DNA of 64,000 nucleotides from Octopus bimaculoides (Eukaryota), in assembly GCF_001194135.2 (NCBI RefSeq), contig NC_068995.1:33900458-33964457 (forward strand), read 5' to 3'. A model generated the notes under the pieces. That model made no database searches and was not told the origin of the DNA. It saw nothing but the letters and a program-made list of their open reading frames with translations. Both the position numbers and the translations under genes were made by a program. Shown in pieces: positions 12,964-27,900 of the stretch; within the stretch, counting starts at the first letter, position 1, and every line of letters starts with the position of its first letter.

Positions 12964-15900
12964 CATCATCATCATCGTTTAACGTCCGCTTTCCATGCTA
13001 GCATGGGTTGGACGATCTGACTGAAGACTGGTGAAACCGGATGGCAACACCAGGCTCCAATCTAATTTGGCAGAGTTTCTACAGCTGGATGCCCTTCCTA
13101 ACGCCAACCACTCAGAGAGTGTAGTGGGTGCTTTTACGTGTCACCCGCACGAAAACGGCCACGCTCGAAATGGTGTCTTTGACGTGCCACCCGCACAAGC
13201 CAGTCCAGGGGCACTGGCAACGATCTCACTCGAAAATCCTACGGGAGCCAGTCAGGCGGTACTGGCAACGGCCACGCTCAAAATGGTGCATCTCATGTGC
13301 CACCCGCACAAGAGCCAGTCCAGGGTCACTGGCAACGATCTTACTTGGCTTGCCGGGTCTTCTCACGCACAGCACATTTCCAAAGGTCTCGGTATATATA
13401 TATATGCATGTGTGTGTTACATTGATCTATATTTAATACCATCTCAAAATATGTCTCTCTATCAATTATATGCGACTAAATATATTGATACTATAACTAA
13501 AGAACAAACATAAAACTACTGCAAACTATCAACAGTGGTCTGACAATAGGTACAACTGCAACCAAAATTACACATGTCTAGTTCTTTGACCACTGTAGTG
13601 TTTTAATTCCATATACCTATACAGCATGGTTAAATGTATTTTAAAATATGGAATTTATCAAGATTTTAAGAACTTTATGGTTTTCTTCCATTTAGCAAAA
13701 ACTTGTATAGCTAGAAAATTTTTTTGTAAGGATTAAAGTTATGAATTGAAAAAAAAGGTATTATACACATCTAATCTATTCTCATGAATCTTACTTTTTT
13801 TCACTTCAAAATTATCAGTGAAATATAATTAGAAGGTCACGGGTGTTAACTGCATCCACCACTTCAAGGAATGATGACTTTGTCTGACACTAGCCCCAGA
13901 CTCAGCTGCTCTGGCTGACAATACCTCATACAAACTTCTCTCTATAATTCCAGTCCTCAGCTTCCCATGCAAAACAAACGTTAAAGAAGAAACCTTTTCA
14001 ATCCAAAGTGAAGCCCCTAAGGTGGTCTGGTGTTTAACTCAAAGCTGTTCTGGCAACTCTTGCAGCCAAACAGGTTCCTAAATGTGTTGCTCTACACTTG
14101 ATTGGATCACACCAATGAGGTTGAGATGGGTATTCTGGTATCAGGGTAAGCCAGGTTTTCAAACATTCAATCTATTCTTGTGTTCTAGAGATGTCACTTC
14201 AGTGCCACTGTGACTGCCCCTCCCATTTTGGGTAGCTCCAACTGTAATTGTAGATCTCTTAAGTAATTGAAGAGCTATAGAAAGATTGATAAGGTCTCTA
14301 GCTATGTAGTCTTGTGCTTGCTAAGAATATCAGATGTAGATGACTTGTGGAAGTAATTAAATCCTAACTAAGGATTTTTTAGAAGCAAAGTTAGGGTTGG
14401 CAGCAAACAAAGTGAGGAATTTAGAGTATAAAGCGCTGTCTCTTTTACTCATTATAATTGATGAGGTGATAACACAAGAGTTTAGGACTAGACATATTTG
14501 GAAACTTTATATGCTGAATATCTGTTTCTTATTTCAGAATATTTTGAACACCAGCAGAAAATATTTCAAACTTGTGTCTAAGGCCTAAAGGTCAACAGCA
14601 TAAAGGCTGAAGTATTAATTAGTAATAGCTGAAACTAAGCAATGAGTACAGCAACCAATTTAGTGTACAGGTAGGAGGGCTCAGTTCTTAGTACCGCCTT
14701 ATGCATCCAGTACTTGCATCTCACAACCCGGCCATAACAGAGGAATTTAAGATTGGTTGCCTTAGGGAAGTTCTATATGATGACCTCATTCTTACAGCAG
14801 AAACTGGAGTAGAATCATAAAAGAAATTCCAGGTGTGGTAGCAAAACCTGAAATCAAATGGCCTTTAAGTTAACATACCAAAGACCAAAGTTCTAGTAAG
14901 CAGGAAATAGACATGACTCAATTCTATTCAAGGAATTGGTCCTGTTTGACATATAGGAAAGGTGTAAGTAGAAATTCCATATGATGTGCCCAGTGCAAGC
15001 TATGGACACACAAGAAGTGCAGTAGATTTACAGGAAGGTTAACAGAAAAAGTAGACTTAGTATGTGGCAAATGTGAGAGTGCAATAAATACTAAGAACAA
15101 GGGAAACAGATTTTCTTGAATATCCAGGAGGATCCATAGAGATAGTAGACAGATTCTGTTACTTAGGTGACCTAACTAGCCATGTAGGAGGATATTCTGA
15201 AAGTATAGTCGCTAGAATAAGAATAGGATAAAGAAAGTTTAAAGAGCAACCTCTGTTGGTAACAAAAAGTCTGTCACTCTGTGAACGACAGTGTATGATG
15301 CTTGTGTATGAACAGCAATGTGAGATGCAAGCACTGAATGCAGAGGCCAGGTGAAAACTAGTAAAAAGAATAAGGCTAGTATGCTCTATTGGATGTGCAA
15401 TGTCAATGTGCATATACAAAAAAGTACAAGTGTGTTGAGAGAGAAATTGGGCAAAAGAGGAATTACAATTAGTGTGAGAGAAAGAGAATGGAGTGGATAC
15501 AGGCAGGAGGAAAAAGACTGAGCGAAAGACTAAGGAAGATGTAGCACAGTACGTTCCAGGATGACATGACAGAGATGGGAGTCAGCCTGAGTGGAGCTAA
15601 GAGGAAAGCGGGCAATCAAGATGTTTGGAGAAGGCTCATTGCCCATTGTGCTGAAAGCACTGGAGATGCTAAGTACTATGAGGGTAAGAGAAAAAACTGT
15701 ACTGATAAAATCAATTGATATATATTGACAGATGTCCGTAAAGTGCTGCGCTTTACAGATCTCCAATTGGTACAAAATCAATTCAAGTAGTGACTTGCAA
15801 TACTGCACACCATATCACAATGCTACTGAAAAAAGTGGATGTTAATGGTGATGAGATTAAAAATTGTAATTGTGAACCACTAATAGAAGGACCATGAATC

Positions 15901-18900
15901 CTAAATTCAGAAAATTTACAGGGCACCAGTGTTCAAATTTTAATCTTACACAAAGAAAAATGGTTTTTATTATTACAATCACAAGAGAAAGGATGGCAGC
16001 AGAACCAACTGAACATCAGATTAAATATCTGAGTTCAAATTCCACTTGGGTTGACTTACATCCTTCCAGAGTTTATATAATAGGTACCAGGGAAATACTG
16101 AGTGGGTTGGTGCAATTGACTAAATTCCTCTTCAAAAATGTGTGGTCTTATGTGCATGTGAGAAACCACTGTTATATTTGTTATTTATTTTCTCAGTAAC
16201 TATTCCCTTATACTAATAATATACATTTTTATCAAACTAATCTGTAAACAATAACCTTTTTTTATGAACTTACCCATGATTATGATGCAAGTCAAAGTTA
16301 ATTACTTTCCACATGGTCCTATTCCAAGCTCTCCTTCATTGCCTATGCTCACTTATTTTAAAACAAAGTCAACAAATATTAAGTGTGTCCAAGCTGAACT
16401 ATTATACAATTTCTTTTTAATCTATTGACTGTATATGTTTTGTATAGCTGACATGTAAATTGTTAAAAAATTAAATGAAATTATGAAAGAGTTAAATAAC
16501 AAAACAGTGATACTTACTGATGTTAATCTGTTTACAACTTCCATAGAATGAAGAGACATTTCCATGCTTACAAGGACAGAAAAATACCTAAAATTAAAAA
16601 AATACAACACACAATAAAATTATAATTCCATTAAAATATGAATAGAAGACCTCAAGAATAAAAGTTACCATGAAGTATTGGTACATAAACTTGTTTATTA
16701 ATTCATCCCAATTCATTGTTGTTACTTGTGAAAAAAAAAAGTACTGGGGGTCAATTTATTCAACTAAAACCTTAAAGGCAAGGACCCAACATGGCCACAG
16801 TCCAATGACTGAAACAAGTAAAAGATATGTAGTCAAAGAAAATATTTTATAACAATTTAGATTTTCTGCTCACTGACCAATGATGAGAAATGATATTAAA
16901 AATTCAGTGTTGTACCCCTACGAAATGTAGGTTGAAAAAAGAAAATGGTTACAAACAATGAAGAAAGATGGGAGTGAATTTTATTAAATATTTAGCATAA
17001 ATTAAGAAACAAATTGAGTTGAAATTCTATTCAAAATACTTAATGTTGTTTACATGAGAGAAACATAACATAATCAAAGGTGAATAAATAAATATGTCAG
17101 TCATACACAGACAGATCCATCTAAAGACATAAGGGATTACTTAAGTAAAGTATTCAACTGGTCAGTCAAAACAGACACTGGAGCTCAATGTAGTCTCTGA
17201 CCTATCAAACCATCCAACTCGTGCCAGTATAGAATATGAATGCTAAATGAGGATGATGATGAAGGTCAACATTTATTTAATTGCGTCTACAGTTGCTATG
17301 GTTAGAATTATCACCAGATTAAACCATCCAATAACAAAGTACTATTAAATGTGCTGATATTAGGTTCACAATACAGTATTCTAATTTATATTATTGTATT
17401 ATTATGGGATAAAGGATTGAAGGCTGATCTCAAAATGCTGAGCCTTATGAAGGAGATGACAGAGGACTGAGGTGTGGTGCCTTGCTGTACTTCAGATCTG
17501 CGCACCACAAGAGAGTTGAGATCCTAAAACCAAGGTGCCATGTAAAAAAGCACTAGTGATGGTGCCATGTAAAAGGCACCCAGTACACTCTGTAAAGTTG
17601 ACATTAGGAAGAGCATCCAGCTGTAGGAACCAAGCCAAAACAGAATATGGAACCTGGTATGGAACCTGGTGTGGTCCTTGGCCTTGCCAGTTCTTATCAA
17701 GCCATCCAACCCATGCCAACATGAAAACAGACATCAAATGTTGATGATGATTGATGACAATTGTATTATTACATGTTATATTACTGTTTTATCATTATGC
17801 TATTCTTATCAAAAGATGAGCATTATTACTATTATAGCTTTTATTTTTCATTGTCTCCACATTTCCAGCTATTTATTATTGCATTTCTACACAATCACAA
17901 ATTAAAGAAAATTAAATTTTGGAAGAACAAAAATTAATTTTGTAGTTAAATTACAATAAACTTACTCAGTAATTTGATTTGATTCCATTAGTTTAAGTAG
18001 GACTTCAATGGCCACTATTGGGTTGTTTTCCACCAGATCTGGAAGCTGAAACAAGAGCCAGAATATAAAAATAGAATTTTGAAAGATCACAGAAAAACTA
18101 CTCTGTCAAATGTAATGCTTATTCATTCATATTGTTTTGAATTAGTCATGCATTATCTCAGTTTTGAGATTTTAATGAGATTATATATTTTTAGAATGAC
18201 ATTGTAGGGTAGGTGTGAGAAACCAGATCTGACTGGTTTGTAGATAGAACAGGTAGAATAATCAGGCCATATATTGCCAGTTTAAATGCTAAGAGGTGGA
18301 AGCACCACTACCACCCGCGATATTATCAGCAACCTCTACAGTCATTAAGTAACAGGAATATAAATAGTTTGATATCATTATATCCTGCCTCAGTCAGCTT
18401 AGTTTTTTTTCTCTTTCTAGTAGGCATAAGGTATCAGTCAAATACTGTGGTGGATTTACTCAACTATAGACTTTCAGTAGCATTCTCCTAATCTTTGCTT
18501 GATTATAAAGTTGTTACTCCATAGAATTTCTTTACAATACAGTAATCCACATATATACAATGATTATGTCCAAAGCGATTACATCATTGGGTAAATATAC
18601 AGGGGCTGGACAAAATAATGGAAACACCTTAAAATTTCAAACAAATTTATTTTAATATGGGGTAGGACCGTTTTTGGCAGTAATTACAGCTTGAATTCTA
18701 TAGGTATGGACTTGTACAAAGTTTGAATTGTTTCCAAAGGAATTTTTGTCCATTCTTCAGCTAAAACAGTCTCCAGTTCTTGTAGTGGTGATGGTGGAGG
18801 ATATCGACTCCTTACTTGTTTTTCTAAAATGCACCACAAATATTCAATAATACTAAGATCTGGGGACTGTGGTGGCCAGATAAGATGTTCAACTTCACTA

Positions 18901-21900
18901 GAATGTTCCTCGTGCCATTCAGTAACAACTTTAGCTGTGTGAATTGGTGCATTATCATCCTGAAAGATTGCGTTTCCCTCGGAAAAAGTTCCACAACCAT
19001 AGGATGAATTTGATCAGATAAAATGCTTATAGTTCTGCTATGAAGGGAAACCATTGGGCAGGAGGATTTCCAAGATATAGCCACCCCACCCCCAGATCAT
19101 CACAGATCCTCCTCCATGTTTAACAGTTGGAAGAAGGCAGTCAGGGTCAAATGCTTCTTTTGGCTGTCTTCACACGTATACTTGGCCGGTGGTCGGAAAT
19201 AGGGTAAAGAATGTCTTAATTGCTGAGTCACTACCAGAACTAGAGGAGAAGATTCAAGTGTGGACACATAAGAGGTGCAACAATATCAAAGGAAGACAAA
19301 CTGGGAAGATAGTTTTTGTATGTGGCAAATGCTCAGGTGCTATAAACACTGAAAATGTGCAGAGAACAGCTTCTATCACATTCCAGGGAGAAAAATTACG
19401 TGCTGCTGGCACATAAAAAGCACCATTCGAGTGTGATTGTTGCTAGCATCGCCTTACTGGCACATGTGTCGGTGGCACGTGAAAAACAACATTTGAGTAT
19501 GGTCATTGCTAGTGCTGCCGGACTGGCACCCATGCAGGTGGCACGTAAAAAACACCTTTTGTGTGTGGTCGTTGCCAGTACCGTCTGACTGGCTCGCATG
19601 CTGGTACCATGTAAAAGCACCCACTACACTCTCAGAGTGGTTGGTGTTAGGAAGAGCATCTAGCTGTAGAAACTTTGTCAGATCAGATTGAGCGTGGTGC
19701 AGCCTCTGGCTCACCAGTCCTCAGTCAAACTCTCCAACCCATGCCAGCATGGAAAGCAGATGTTAAACGACGACGACGATGTCCAAAAAAATAACATTCT
19801 TCCACCGCTCTAGGGACCAATTCTGTAGGTTCTTATTGCACTCTAAACGCTTTGCAATGTTTGTTTTTGAAAGTAGTGGTTTTCTAATTGCAGCCCTCCC
19901 ATGAAATCTGGCTTTGTGCAGCTCCCGGTGAACAGTTCTTGTCGAAATTGAGTTCTCAAGGTGGTCATTAAACTCTGAAGTAATTTTGGGAGCTGTACTT
20001 TTGTGATCCTTTCTAACAATTCACATAAGAGTACGACGGTCCCTATCTGAAAGCTTTGGTTTTCTTCCAGAGTTTTGTTTCGATGAGGGTTTTTCCCTCT
20101 TTCTCAAAGGCTGTCATTACTTTTGAGACAGTACTTCTTGATACACCAAACATTTTGGCTGTTTTTGTTACTCTAGCGCCTGCCATATGAGCACCAATAA
20201 TTTGACCACTTTGAAAGTCCGATAGATCTGTCATTTTAATGAATTTTCATTACCTTTTTCTGATGATATCTGAAAAGAAACAGCAATTCTAGCAAAACAT
20301 ATTAAGCAACACTAATAATAAATAAAAAAAACATAAAAATAAACAAGCTTTTGATGGTTTTATAGATATTTCAAAATTATGATGCTATGATGTGAGGTGT
20401 TTCCATTATTTTGTCCAACCCCTGTATGTATATGACAAGGATGTCCCATCAAGTAAGCTGGTGGTAAATGTGGAATTATAGATTTCCCTCAAAACTACAT
20501 CACATACCTTAGTTGGAGTCAAACCAATGTGGTAAACTAACTTAGGGTCCTTTTCTAATTCATCCATTAATTGCTGCTGTTGCTGTAAAGTTAAAGAACT
20601 TTTCAGTGCCAAGCTCATGAGGCATCGTACTTCAGTTCCAGCTGTACTACTTGAACACATTGTTGTATCCCAGGCAGGAGTATAGTCAGCTTCAAAAGGA
20701 TTCATCCAGACAAGCTTAAAAACAAAAATAAACCAACAAACTTAAGATACAAGGGAGCAGCTTAATTATTCAAAGGTGCAAAACGAGAAGGCAAAAACCA
20801 ATTCATTAAATACTTCTAAGTTCTGTAACTATACACATTATGAACAATTGTAACAATATAACCTATTGCCAGTGAGGCAACCAATCTAAGATTATATTTA
20901 ACACTCATAACCTCTAATATAAAAAACAATTTAGCTATAGATCTTTATAGATTTTCTAATGAATTAAAGTAAAGGAGAAAATGACTATACTTATAATAGA
21001 AGAGGCTGGAGACAATTATTTAAAGAAATCTTGGTTTTGATGTAATTGTAGATATTATTAACTGCTGAGGTATTAGAAAGAGTAATAAATACTGGTGTAT
21101 TATATATATTCTCACCTTGGATTTCATGTTTGATTAGAAATGTTTACATATTTTTTTTAATAATTTTTGTTTTTGATCTGAAGGCCTTATCAGAACTAGA
21201 GGTGAAAAGAATTGATGTTCAGTTTGAATTCCCGCAGGTTATTACTATTAGGTAATACATGTACAAGTAGTGAGTTTCGGACGACTGAAGACTTAGATGT
21301 TAAGGATAGGAAAGTGCTTTTTTTTTCTTTTACTGATTAGTCAGAAAGGAAGAGCAGTACCCATGACCCTTCACAAGGCTCCACCACAACTAAAACTGAT
21401 TTCAAATGATTGCAACAGAATGAACTTTGATAAAGTCATCCAAGGACCAGTGGTGGCATTAAACTGGGTAATGGATTAAGTTTACTACCCAAGCAGGCCA
21501 TGGTGGGATTTGAAAACAGAACAAATATGCAAGACATCTTGTTCAACACCCTCATGATACTACCAATCCCCCACCCTGAACTTTATTTACCAATCTTGGG
21601 ATGACAAAAGGTAAAGCTAACTTCTGTGGGACTTGAACTCAGAGAGCAAGAAGCTGGCATAACTCCCACAAGGCATTTCATTTGATGCTCTAACAACTCT
21701 ACTGATTTACTGCTGATGCAGGATTGGGGCGGGGTCAAGATAAAATAGGAATTAAATGAAGAGAGACAAAATTAAATAATAACACTAAGGTAACAATTAT
21801 CAATAGCTGCTGATGTTATTTAACCCAAGTTTAGCCGAGATTTAGTAAACCTACAATCAAAGGCATTCTAGCCATGACCATCCAATTTTTTTTCTCCAGC

Positions 21901-24900
21901 ATATCTAGAATTACATTATTCAATTATCCTTCTTTCTTAAAATGGAAGGCTGTGATTTGAAAGAAATTTGGTTGCTATTTCTTATAGACCATGCATCCAT
22001 GAGATTTCAGGCCCTGAATGCTTGCAACAGGTATCAGCTGGTGGTGTTACAAATTGGGAATTGGATTAAGTTTTCTCTACAATAGCAGTAATTGCTTCAC
22101 CCCCACCTTTTGATTGGTTTCCATACAGTTTCTATCTGTCAAATTTCATTCACAAAGTACTGGTTTGATCCAAGGCTATAACTGAAGGCACTTACTGAAA
22201 GTGTTGCAAACCTGAAGCCAGCTTGAAGTGAACTCTTTAACCACAGCTATGCCTACACTCATATTGGGATAGGGACTCACATGCTAGGACCTAATCGACT
22301 TGTTATTCTATAAAGTAATAATTCTTCTCGCTGAATTAGATGACATGATATTTAAACTACCAATGAAAGAAATACAGTAACCGTAAACAACCTCACCTCA
22401 TCTTCAGCAATATGCAATGGTGGTGCAAGTCTGATAAATTCTGGTCTCATACAATTCTCTACAGGTGGGTTGGGACCTGTTAGCAAGGCTTCAATTGTTT
22501 GCCTTTGAACATCTTGATTTACTAAGCCAGGTTTTCCAAATTGTTCAAAACTAATGTAAAAAAAATATTTAGAAAACATAAACAAACAGAATATTATACA
22601 AGCAACCACTACCACCACCACCTTGTGTATATGGTAACCTCAGACTGTTGGATTTGTAAAGACTGACCCCTAATTTCTGGAAACAGTCTGTAATTTTGCT
22701 CTTATAGAAGACGGTTGAATAAATTTTTGGTGTTTTAACTGAAATCATAGTTAGCAATCTCAGAAACTATAATCAAGATATACATATACATACACATACA
22801 CACACACACACATATGCATATATATCTATACCTATATATATGTATACCTACACATGTACAGGGTGTTTGGGCTAAATTTGACAATTTTTTACGTCTCCTT
22901 TTTTTTTTAAGAACAGTCAAATGCATTGGGGAGCATAAAGATTAAAGTTGCAGTTGAGAAAAAGCTAGGTGACACAGAGGAGTGGAAACCATCTGTATAT
23001 TGGGAAAGAGTTATCTGCATCATGATGGCTTGCACCAGGTATCAAGTTGCTGACATAATGACTGCTGTTCAATGCTTTGTGAACATTGTAAAGGTTAGAA
23101 GACATGACATGGACATTATGGAAATCAAGTTCTCCCACACTATCTGCGGGTGTGTCTTCAGAGGGGATGACATCATGCCACCCTACATCTTTCAACAAGG
23201 CCTTAGGCTCAACTGAGATGGCTATGTGAAGCTGTTGGAGACTGTCGTCAAACCCTGGCTGGAGAGGGTTGCTGCTGGAAGGCATACATATATACAGCTT
23301 AGACTGTATTGTGAAAAAGGCCATCTACTGACATAGAGTTGCAGTCTTTTCACTTTGCCTTTCAACTACTACCATAGTACCTTCTGTTTCTTAGAGCTGA
23401 CTGGATTTGTTCCATTTTCATAAAGGAGAGCTCATCTCACTTGTATCTCATCCTTTTTTTTCATCCATATAGTGACTACATACTACTGTTTACATATCTG
23501 CTCACTGCAACACTAGGTCATGGACATAGCGTTTCCATTTACTGCCTCCTCTTTGAACTAGTACCTTTTGAATACCAATTATTTGCATTGAGTACACAAT
23601 ATCAGATTCCTACCTACACCCTTCTGACATTCTATTTAAAGCAAGAAAATATACTTACCTCGTTGGTTTGCTATCAGGATCTGGAACAATTGATGGCATA
23701 GAAGATTTACTGATTGCAGGTAATTCAGACTGTTTTTCAGCCAGAGTAATTTGTAGAGAAGTTATGTCCATTGTCTATAAAGATGGAGGAAATAATTAGC
23801 TACAGTTCTAAGTAACTAATTACTGGTATGCATTCTAAAACAAGGTGTACCAGATATTATAAGGTATAAGTGGACGTAAAATAACACATATATGTTGAAG
23901 TTATGGTTTGAAATGAACCTGCCGTGTGTAGTTGGTGAACAATGAGTGTAAGGGAAACTAATGGAAGTATTGTTCACATAAATGTCAAGTAAAAAAAAAA
24001 TATAGGTCTGCTTGATGTGGGCTGACCAGAGACTAAACAAAGCAGCTTAATCCATGTAAAGGCTAAACGTTTTAATAAACTTTATCAACATTTCACAGCA
24101 GAGATGACAGTGATGAGGATAGCATTGCTGACAAAAATAACAACAAATGTTAAGTTCTTAGGCAATGAGAAAGCTTTTATACAGTCACTTGATTCACTAG
24201 AAGCAGAAGCCAAGTCTTCCTACCTTCTTAAACACAGGACATATTGGTCAATGTAGTGTTTGATATACAAAAAGACAAGATGGTTACAACTGGAACACCT
24301 TTGTTCATAGGTCTGCTTCATCAACATCAACAACAAATATTAGTCATAACTAATGTTGGCTGAGTGGTCAATCGATGCAAGAGGAAATAGGTGTCATTGC
24401 TTTAAATAATCAATTTAAACACTTTTGCTCTGAGCCATTACTCAGAGAGAAAGTCTCTATATCATTGCTCAGTCTGAGAGAAGTAACTGCTAAATCTCCT
24501 CAAATCTTCCACATCACTTATCATTTTGCAAAAAGGAAGGACACATAGGATTATATATTCCTAAACATCTCTAAAAATGATAGGATGGTCCTGGTTGGAA
24601 TGCTTTTTATAATAGGTTTCTATTATCATTGCTGGTCAGGAGCCTAACAACAGCCCTTCTGATAGTCATAGTTACTGATACTTCTCTAACAATGCACGAA
24701 ACCCACAGCTCAACAGTTGAATTATATTTGCATATTAGAGATGATTCTGAAATAATGTGGTAGATTTGAATAAACAATTCAAAGTACTACAACAAGGTTT
24801 GTTTCTTGGGCTTTTTTCTAATTGAAATCAATATTTCTAAAAAGTCTACACACAATTTAAACAATGTTCAGTTTCCACTAAAACACATGCTGCCAGAAGC

Positions 24901-27900
24901 GAGTCATGTTTTAGAGCTCAGTTTCAAAATCTTAGGTAGACCCAGGAAGACATGGGGTGAGATGGTGAAGCATGATCTTTGGATGTTGAGTCTCATGGAG
25001 GTGATGAGAAGTGATCAAAAGCTTTGGTAATTTGCTGTGCTTGAGAAGACTCATCAAGCCCAATGAAATTGTAGTTGTGGCCAGTGCTGGTGACACATAA
25101 AAGGCACCTGTGCTGGTGACATGTAAAAGGTACCTACTACACTCTTGGAGTGGTCGGCATTAGGGAGGGCATCTAACTGTAGAAATCAAGCTAAAACCAA
25201 TTGGAGCCTGGTGCAGCTTACCAGTTCCAGTCAAACTGTCTTACTCATGCTAGCATGGAAAACAGATGTTAAATGATGATGATGATGGTGGTGGTAGTAA
25301 AGCAAAATGTGTAGCTCCTACTAGCTTTAATGTATACCCACTGCTCTTGTGCAAAATCAGCTATTGCTGAAGGTAGGATATGGAAAGTTAGCTCAAATTT
25401 TCCTTTCATAAGGAAGTGCAAGATTTGAATGGTATTATTTCTTGAGGTCACACTGGAGATAGATTTAATGCATATAAGTTCAGGTATATAATCAAAGAGT
25501 GTTTTCAGTTAGTTACATGTTAACATTCTTTAACTGGTTGGCTACTAGTTACTTGATCATCAACATTTTACATCTGTTTATCTATGCTGCTACAGGTTGG
25601 ATGTTTTTTTTTTTGTGGGGGCAATCTTTTATGGTTGAATGTCTTTCCTGTCACCATTTCTTTTAACCTTCCTTAATGACATGCAAGGATACCATATATT
25701 TAATCTAAGACTGGAATAATATGGTAAATTAAGTATTGTATGAGGTACTCAGTGAAAGTGGCAGATTATTTTACAATGATGGATGTAGAGGCTTCTTCAT
25801 TATAAAAATTAAGAACACTTAGGAAGAATATTGGTTTCAGGTTTAGGAATATTGGTTTCAAATTTTAGCACAATGCCAGCAGTTTTGGGAGATTAAATTG
25901 ACCTCAGTGCTCAACTGGTACTTATTTTCTTGACCCCAAAAGGATGAAAGGCAAAGTCAACCTCGGCAGAATTTGAAATCAGATGGATGATATGCCACTA
26001 GGCATCTTGTTAATGATTCTGCTAGTTTGCTGTCTTACATTTAGGAAGACTATTAAAGGGTAAAGACCTCCTTCGGTCATGAACGATCATGGGATTGCAC
26101 CTAGAAAGTTCCCCTCCGAAGCACAAGTCTGGGCAAGGTTATTTATGGAAGATCAGCAGTTGCCCATGCATACCAGTCTCCCTCTCCATACCACCAAAGT
26201 TATCCAAGGGAAAGGTAAAGGCTGATACAGCTTGACACCAGTGACATTGCGACTCATTTCTACAGCTGAATGAACTGGAACAACATGAAATAAAGTGTCT
26301 TGCTCAAGAACATAACACAAAGGCCAGTCCAGAAATCGAATTTACTACCTCATGATTGTGAGCCTGATGCTCTAACCACTGAACCATGCGTTTTCAGGAA
26401 GAATATTAAAAAAAAAAAATGGTTTAGTGAGAGTATTAAATTTTCTTAAAAAATAAACATGACCATGTCAATGTATTTTAGAAACTGCAACAAAATTTTA
26501 CTAACCTGAGCATTATTGACATCCATTTGAATAACTTGTAAAGGAGTTTTCTTAAACATCTGTAAGAGACATTTAAATAGATATTCTTCTGGAAACAATA
26601 TTTAACAAAATAAAAAGAACACAAAAACATAAATGCAAATATTAAAATTTGCTTCTTCAAACCTTCATCATAATCATTTAACATGTTATCTATGCTGGCA
26701 TGGGTTAGATGGTTTTGACAAGCACCATGTCTGTTTTGGTATGGTTTCTACAGCTGGATGCTCTTCCTAATGCCAACCACTTTAGAGTGTGGGTGTCTTT
26801 TACACAGCACCAGCACAGGTGCTTTTACATGGCATTGGCACAGGTGTTTTTTACATGGCACCAGCACCTACAAGACTGCAAGATTGGGAACACTCAGCTG
26901 AAGAGGGACGCAGGAGACATGCCTGTATGCAAGGACAACTTTAATTTTACTTAGCTTGACGTGTCTTCTCAAGCACAGCAAACAGTCAGGAATTTCGGTC
27001 CCTTGTCATCCCTTCTTTGTGGCCTAATGTCTGAAGATCCTTTCTCACCACTTTGTCCCATGTCTTCCTGGGTCTACCTCTTCCACTTGTTCCCTCCACA
27101 ATTAGAGATAGGGCACCTCATTTATGCATATTGAATTTCTAGTAAAATTTTGAAATTTATAAGCAAGTGACTTATTAGTTGCTTGCAACTGAGCTGTTGG
27201 TATTTCATTTGTGCATCCCATAGAGCAGCAGAGTATATTACATCTGTTATCTATTACTGTTGGGCTTCTTGCTCATAAATAAACTCAAACCTAATTTCAG
27301 CCACCATGGGCTCTAGGAAAGATACTAACCTCAGACTGTTTGGTTGGCAATAGGGTACATGGCTAAGCAGTTTGTGGTAGAAAAGGCATCCAGCTTTAAG
27401 AACTTTTGCTCTAATAATTAGCAAATATCTAAATTTGTAATCTATTCTCTGGTCTTAGTATAAAAAAATACATACTAAACTGAGAAAATAATAATGTTGT
27501 TAATAATAATAATAATCATCCTTTAACATCCATTTTCCATGCTGGCATGGGTTGGACAGTTTAACCCAGAGTTAGCAAGCTGGGAAACTGCACCAGGTCC
27601 CAGTCTGATTTGGCTTGGTTTCTACAGCTGGATCCCTTCCTAACACTAAACACTTTACAGTGTGTGCTGCTGCTGTGGATTTCAGGGTTTATGACTACAA
27701 GACCGCTATAGTGTGTGCAACAACAACAAAACCCATCACCTTTACTTCTATATTTTTGAAGGAAGATACATTAAACTGTTTACTGAAACAGATATGGTTG
27801 TTGTTTAATTGCCAACTAAATAAATGCACACACAGTTAATTATTCACTTCTTCGCATCTCAATAGAGAATTGATAAAATTACTTAAAATAATACAGTTAA

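Noticed and set aside
13130-13345. Repeat-spacer-like pattern resembling a CRISPR array
   Set aside because: The units are part of the RTE 3' UTR minisatellite in a eukaryotic intron; spacers are not unique and there are no cas genes.
26340-26395. tRNA-like sequences at SINE heads
   Set aside because: They have A/B boxes but no complete cloverleaf, and they run into SINE bodies.
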